From positions 37,926,042 through 37,990,041 of the forward strand of contig NC_068983.1 of NCBI RefSeq assembly GCF_001194135.2: a DNA stretch of 64,000 nucleotides, written 5' to 3'. The first letter of the stretch is position 1, and each line of letters begins with the position of its first letter. Of the stretch, positions 61,341-64,000 are shown piece by piece. The notes beneath the pieces were generated by a model. That model ran no database searches and was not told the DNA's origin. It saw only the letters and a program-made list of their open reading frames with translations. A program made the translations under genes and the position numbers. Source of the DNA: Octopus bimaculoides (taxonomy: Eukaryota).

Positions 61341-62269
61341 GTGTTTCGCAGAGAATAGCAGTTTTTGCATCATATGTGTATTTTGTTATCCAGTTTGTTC
61401 TTAAAAATTTAAAGTCTTTGGTGGTGGCCACAGCAAAGATAGGTAATAGTCATTTTGGATTGTATGTAAATTTCAAGATGTATTCTAATTTAGTGTAAGT
61501 TTTGTCATTGTAATTTAATTAATTGGATGTTATAGTATATCTTCGTTAATTTCTGATAAGTATTCTAATTGTCCAATCAATGAAATAGTTTACTCATTAA
61601 ATTAGCTTGTCATATAAGCGGCTGAGTACCCCACAGAAATGTGTACCTTTAATGTAATTCCCAGGCAGAACCAGTATGACAGCAATAAAACTGACCCTCT
61701 GAATTACAAGTACAATCCATGTGACAGGCTTCCACACAGTTTCCATCTAACTTAATTTCACTCATAAGACTTCAGTTAGCATGAAAGTTACAGTAAAAGA
61801 CATTGATCCAAGATGCTAGAGAATGGGATCAAACCAAAGACAGCAGGATTGTGAAATAAGCTTCTTAACTGGTTGGCCAGTCGTGCGACCATGCTGGAGA
61901 CCATATTAATCTCTGAATCTGTAGCTCCCAAAAGGTCATTCCAATTGACCTTTTCTTTCCGTCTTAATTTCAGTTTAGTCATTAACGAACATATCCAGTC
62001 TAATTGTATTTTTAAACGTTTGTGTTTTCACCTCTATTTTAATCTAAAGTTCAATCATTCCTATTTATTTATTTCATTTTTCTTTTTTTTTCTTTTTTTT
62101 CTTCTGCCTAAAAATGTTGGTTTACTTCTTCAAATGTCATGGGTTCATATTCTTCCTCTGGCATTCGATTGTGCCCTTAGACCAACAACACTGATTACTC
62201 TGTTTAATTCTGTCAAACTGACTGTAAAATAGATGTGACACCTACCTACCTATCACTCCATCTTCATGG

Positions 62270-62314
<45 letters not shown>

Positions 62315-63026
62315 TGTTTTAAACAGCATTCAACTGTTAAATACTTGCTCCAATGCTTTTTGGCAACTTTCAATATTGCAGACCCATCAGGCCTATGCTA
62401 ACAAGAAAGTGAGAGGAAAATGCAATAAAAAATTGACCTGTAATGATCTCACAATTTATTTCTTATGGTAAATAACAGTTTCAGTTGCATACACCAATTT
62501 TTTTATTCACCCTGCCAGCTTTCTACAATATCAGTGAATGTATTATTCATTGTTACCTATATTCTAGAAAGAACAGATTTCATCACAGCATATAACTAGT
62601 GGCTACACCTCATTAATAAGGCTCAAAGAAGCCAAAGTGTGAACAACTGCTGGGATGATGTTTGTCTCACACTAATATATACTGTTTTTAAATCAACTTG
62701 TTTATGAAAAGTATTTTCCTGTCAGACAGAAACCATGGCATCATGCCTGGAGAGATTTTATGTATGCATGTGTGTGTGTATGTACATATATACATACAAT
62801 TTGCATCTATGTATTATATTTAACATATATATACTGTTGACAGGCATGATTCTGATTTCTTTTTTTCCGAGAGAAAAATTCGTCATGGACATGATGAGTT
62901 AAAAACAGTATGTATATTGGAACAAGATGAACATCAGCCCAACAGTGACCCACAAGAATGCCAGATGACAAAAAAAAAAAAAAAAAAAACTGACATAAAA
63001 AGATAATGCTTGAATAGCCATGTATT

Positions 63027-63182
63027 CAATCCTTTAATTTTCAGATTAAACTATCAAATGTAATTCTTATTTATTCAGATTGTTTTGAATTAATCATGCA
63101 TTATCTCATAGCTTCTGGTCAGTTTGAACATAAAGCAGAAAATTTAGGCCAGATATGTCCACTTTAAATGCTAAAGCGTTAA
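63027..63182 (+). mobile_element. TTAA-ended MITE family 1, internally deleted
   Basis: TTCAGATT...TTGTTTTGAATTAATCATGCATTAT...AAATGCTAAAGCGTTAA. Confidence 0.75.
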
Positions 63183-63771
63183 TGGGACATATAATATGTA
63201 TGTGTATATATATTTTCTTTCTTCTGTGTCATATAGACTCATGGAGTTAGTTTCTTGGATTCTGTAGCATATATGCTCCCCACTCGATGGGATGCCAGTC
63301 CATTGCAGGATTACAGTAGACACAACCGTAAAGAAGTTCTTAAGATAATTGTTTATTCCTTTATCATCTCATTTTCATATATATCATCATCATTATATAT
63401 ATATATGATCTGGGTATAGTGTTCTTTCCAAAGCTCTTCTCTGGGTGTAGCTACCAAATGTCATTATACAGCAGGACTGCTCCCCTTACTTGAATATACA
63501 TGTGGATATCCATAAATATATGTAGAGTATAAACCAGAAACGTTAACGCAAGAAGATTGGACAGGTTTTATCACATACCATTACAATTGTTTCAATGTAT
63601 CATTATCAGGTGCTAAATGCTGAATATTGCATATATTTTGCACAGTATTGTATTAATATGACTCAACAACAGCTGTATGCATGTGCACGCCCAGAACAGC
63701 TGATGATGACATGTTGAAAACAATTGTGGTGATATGAAATAAAGCTTGTTCAATCCATCTTCCCGTATTCA

Positions 63772-63821
<50 letters not shown>

Positions 63822-63825
<4 letters not shown>

Positions 63826-64000
63826 GAAAAGTTCTGGGCTTTAAGAGTATCGCGGAAGACCTGGTTGGAGGCCCAGCCTTCTGAGTTCCTTAACAGGGCT
63901 TAAAAAAAACTAAAAAACTGAAAGACTGTTGCCATAAGTGTCTTAATTTGAGAGGGGAATATATTGTGTGAAATCATAATTAACATAATTAAATCATAGA
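63822..64000 (+). mobile_element. mariner-derived non-autonomous element, truncated by window end
   Basis: GTGAAAAGTTCTGGGCTTT mariner-like TIR; relic GLKKLKDCCHKCLNLRGEYI* resembles the mariner C-terminal GIEKL.ERW.KCI...GDY.E. Confidence 0.7.

Noticed and set aside
63705-63750. CTGATGA...GAAAACAATTGTG hammerhead-like motif
   Set aside because: Cleavage position is G, stem I absent, stem II too short

Overview
AT-rich, repeat-dense animal genomic scaffold with eight N-gaps. The SINE, RTE and microsatellite landscape suggests a coleoid cephalopod, most likely Octopus (inference from repeat recall, not a database hit). Most ORF-track entries are microsatellite, N-gap or antisense-to-repeat artefacts. 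Supported content: tRNA-derived SINE families; 5'-truncated RTE LINEs; an RLE-type (R4/Dong-like) LINE 3' end; a decayed piggyBac transposon and TTAA-ended MITEs; several hAT/Charlie and Tc1/mariner relics; and a Penelope-like element (PLE) with a recognisable GIY-YIG domain and an inverted pseudo-LTR. A tentative minus-strand multi-exon host gene ends near 3.2 kb, followed by a CpG/NRF1/ETS-rich promoter near 1.6-2.0 kb. The most striking signal is a set of minimal type I hammerhead ribozyme motifs from several unrelated sequence families: intact at 27987-28042, 28482-28537 and 60658-60698, decayed at 16292, 17022 and 52554. Also notable are several near-perfect fold-back palindromes, a direct-repeat-flanked 5' half of a tRNA-Tyr, a (TAA)n-embedded SINE-like element, and an Illumina adapter left in the assembly.
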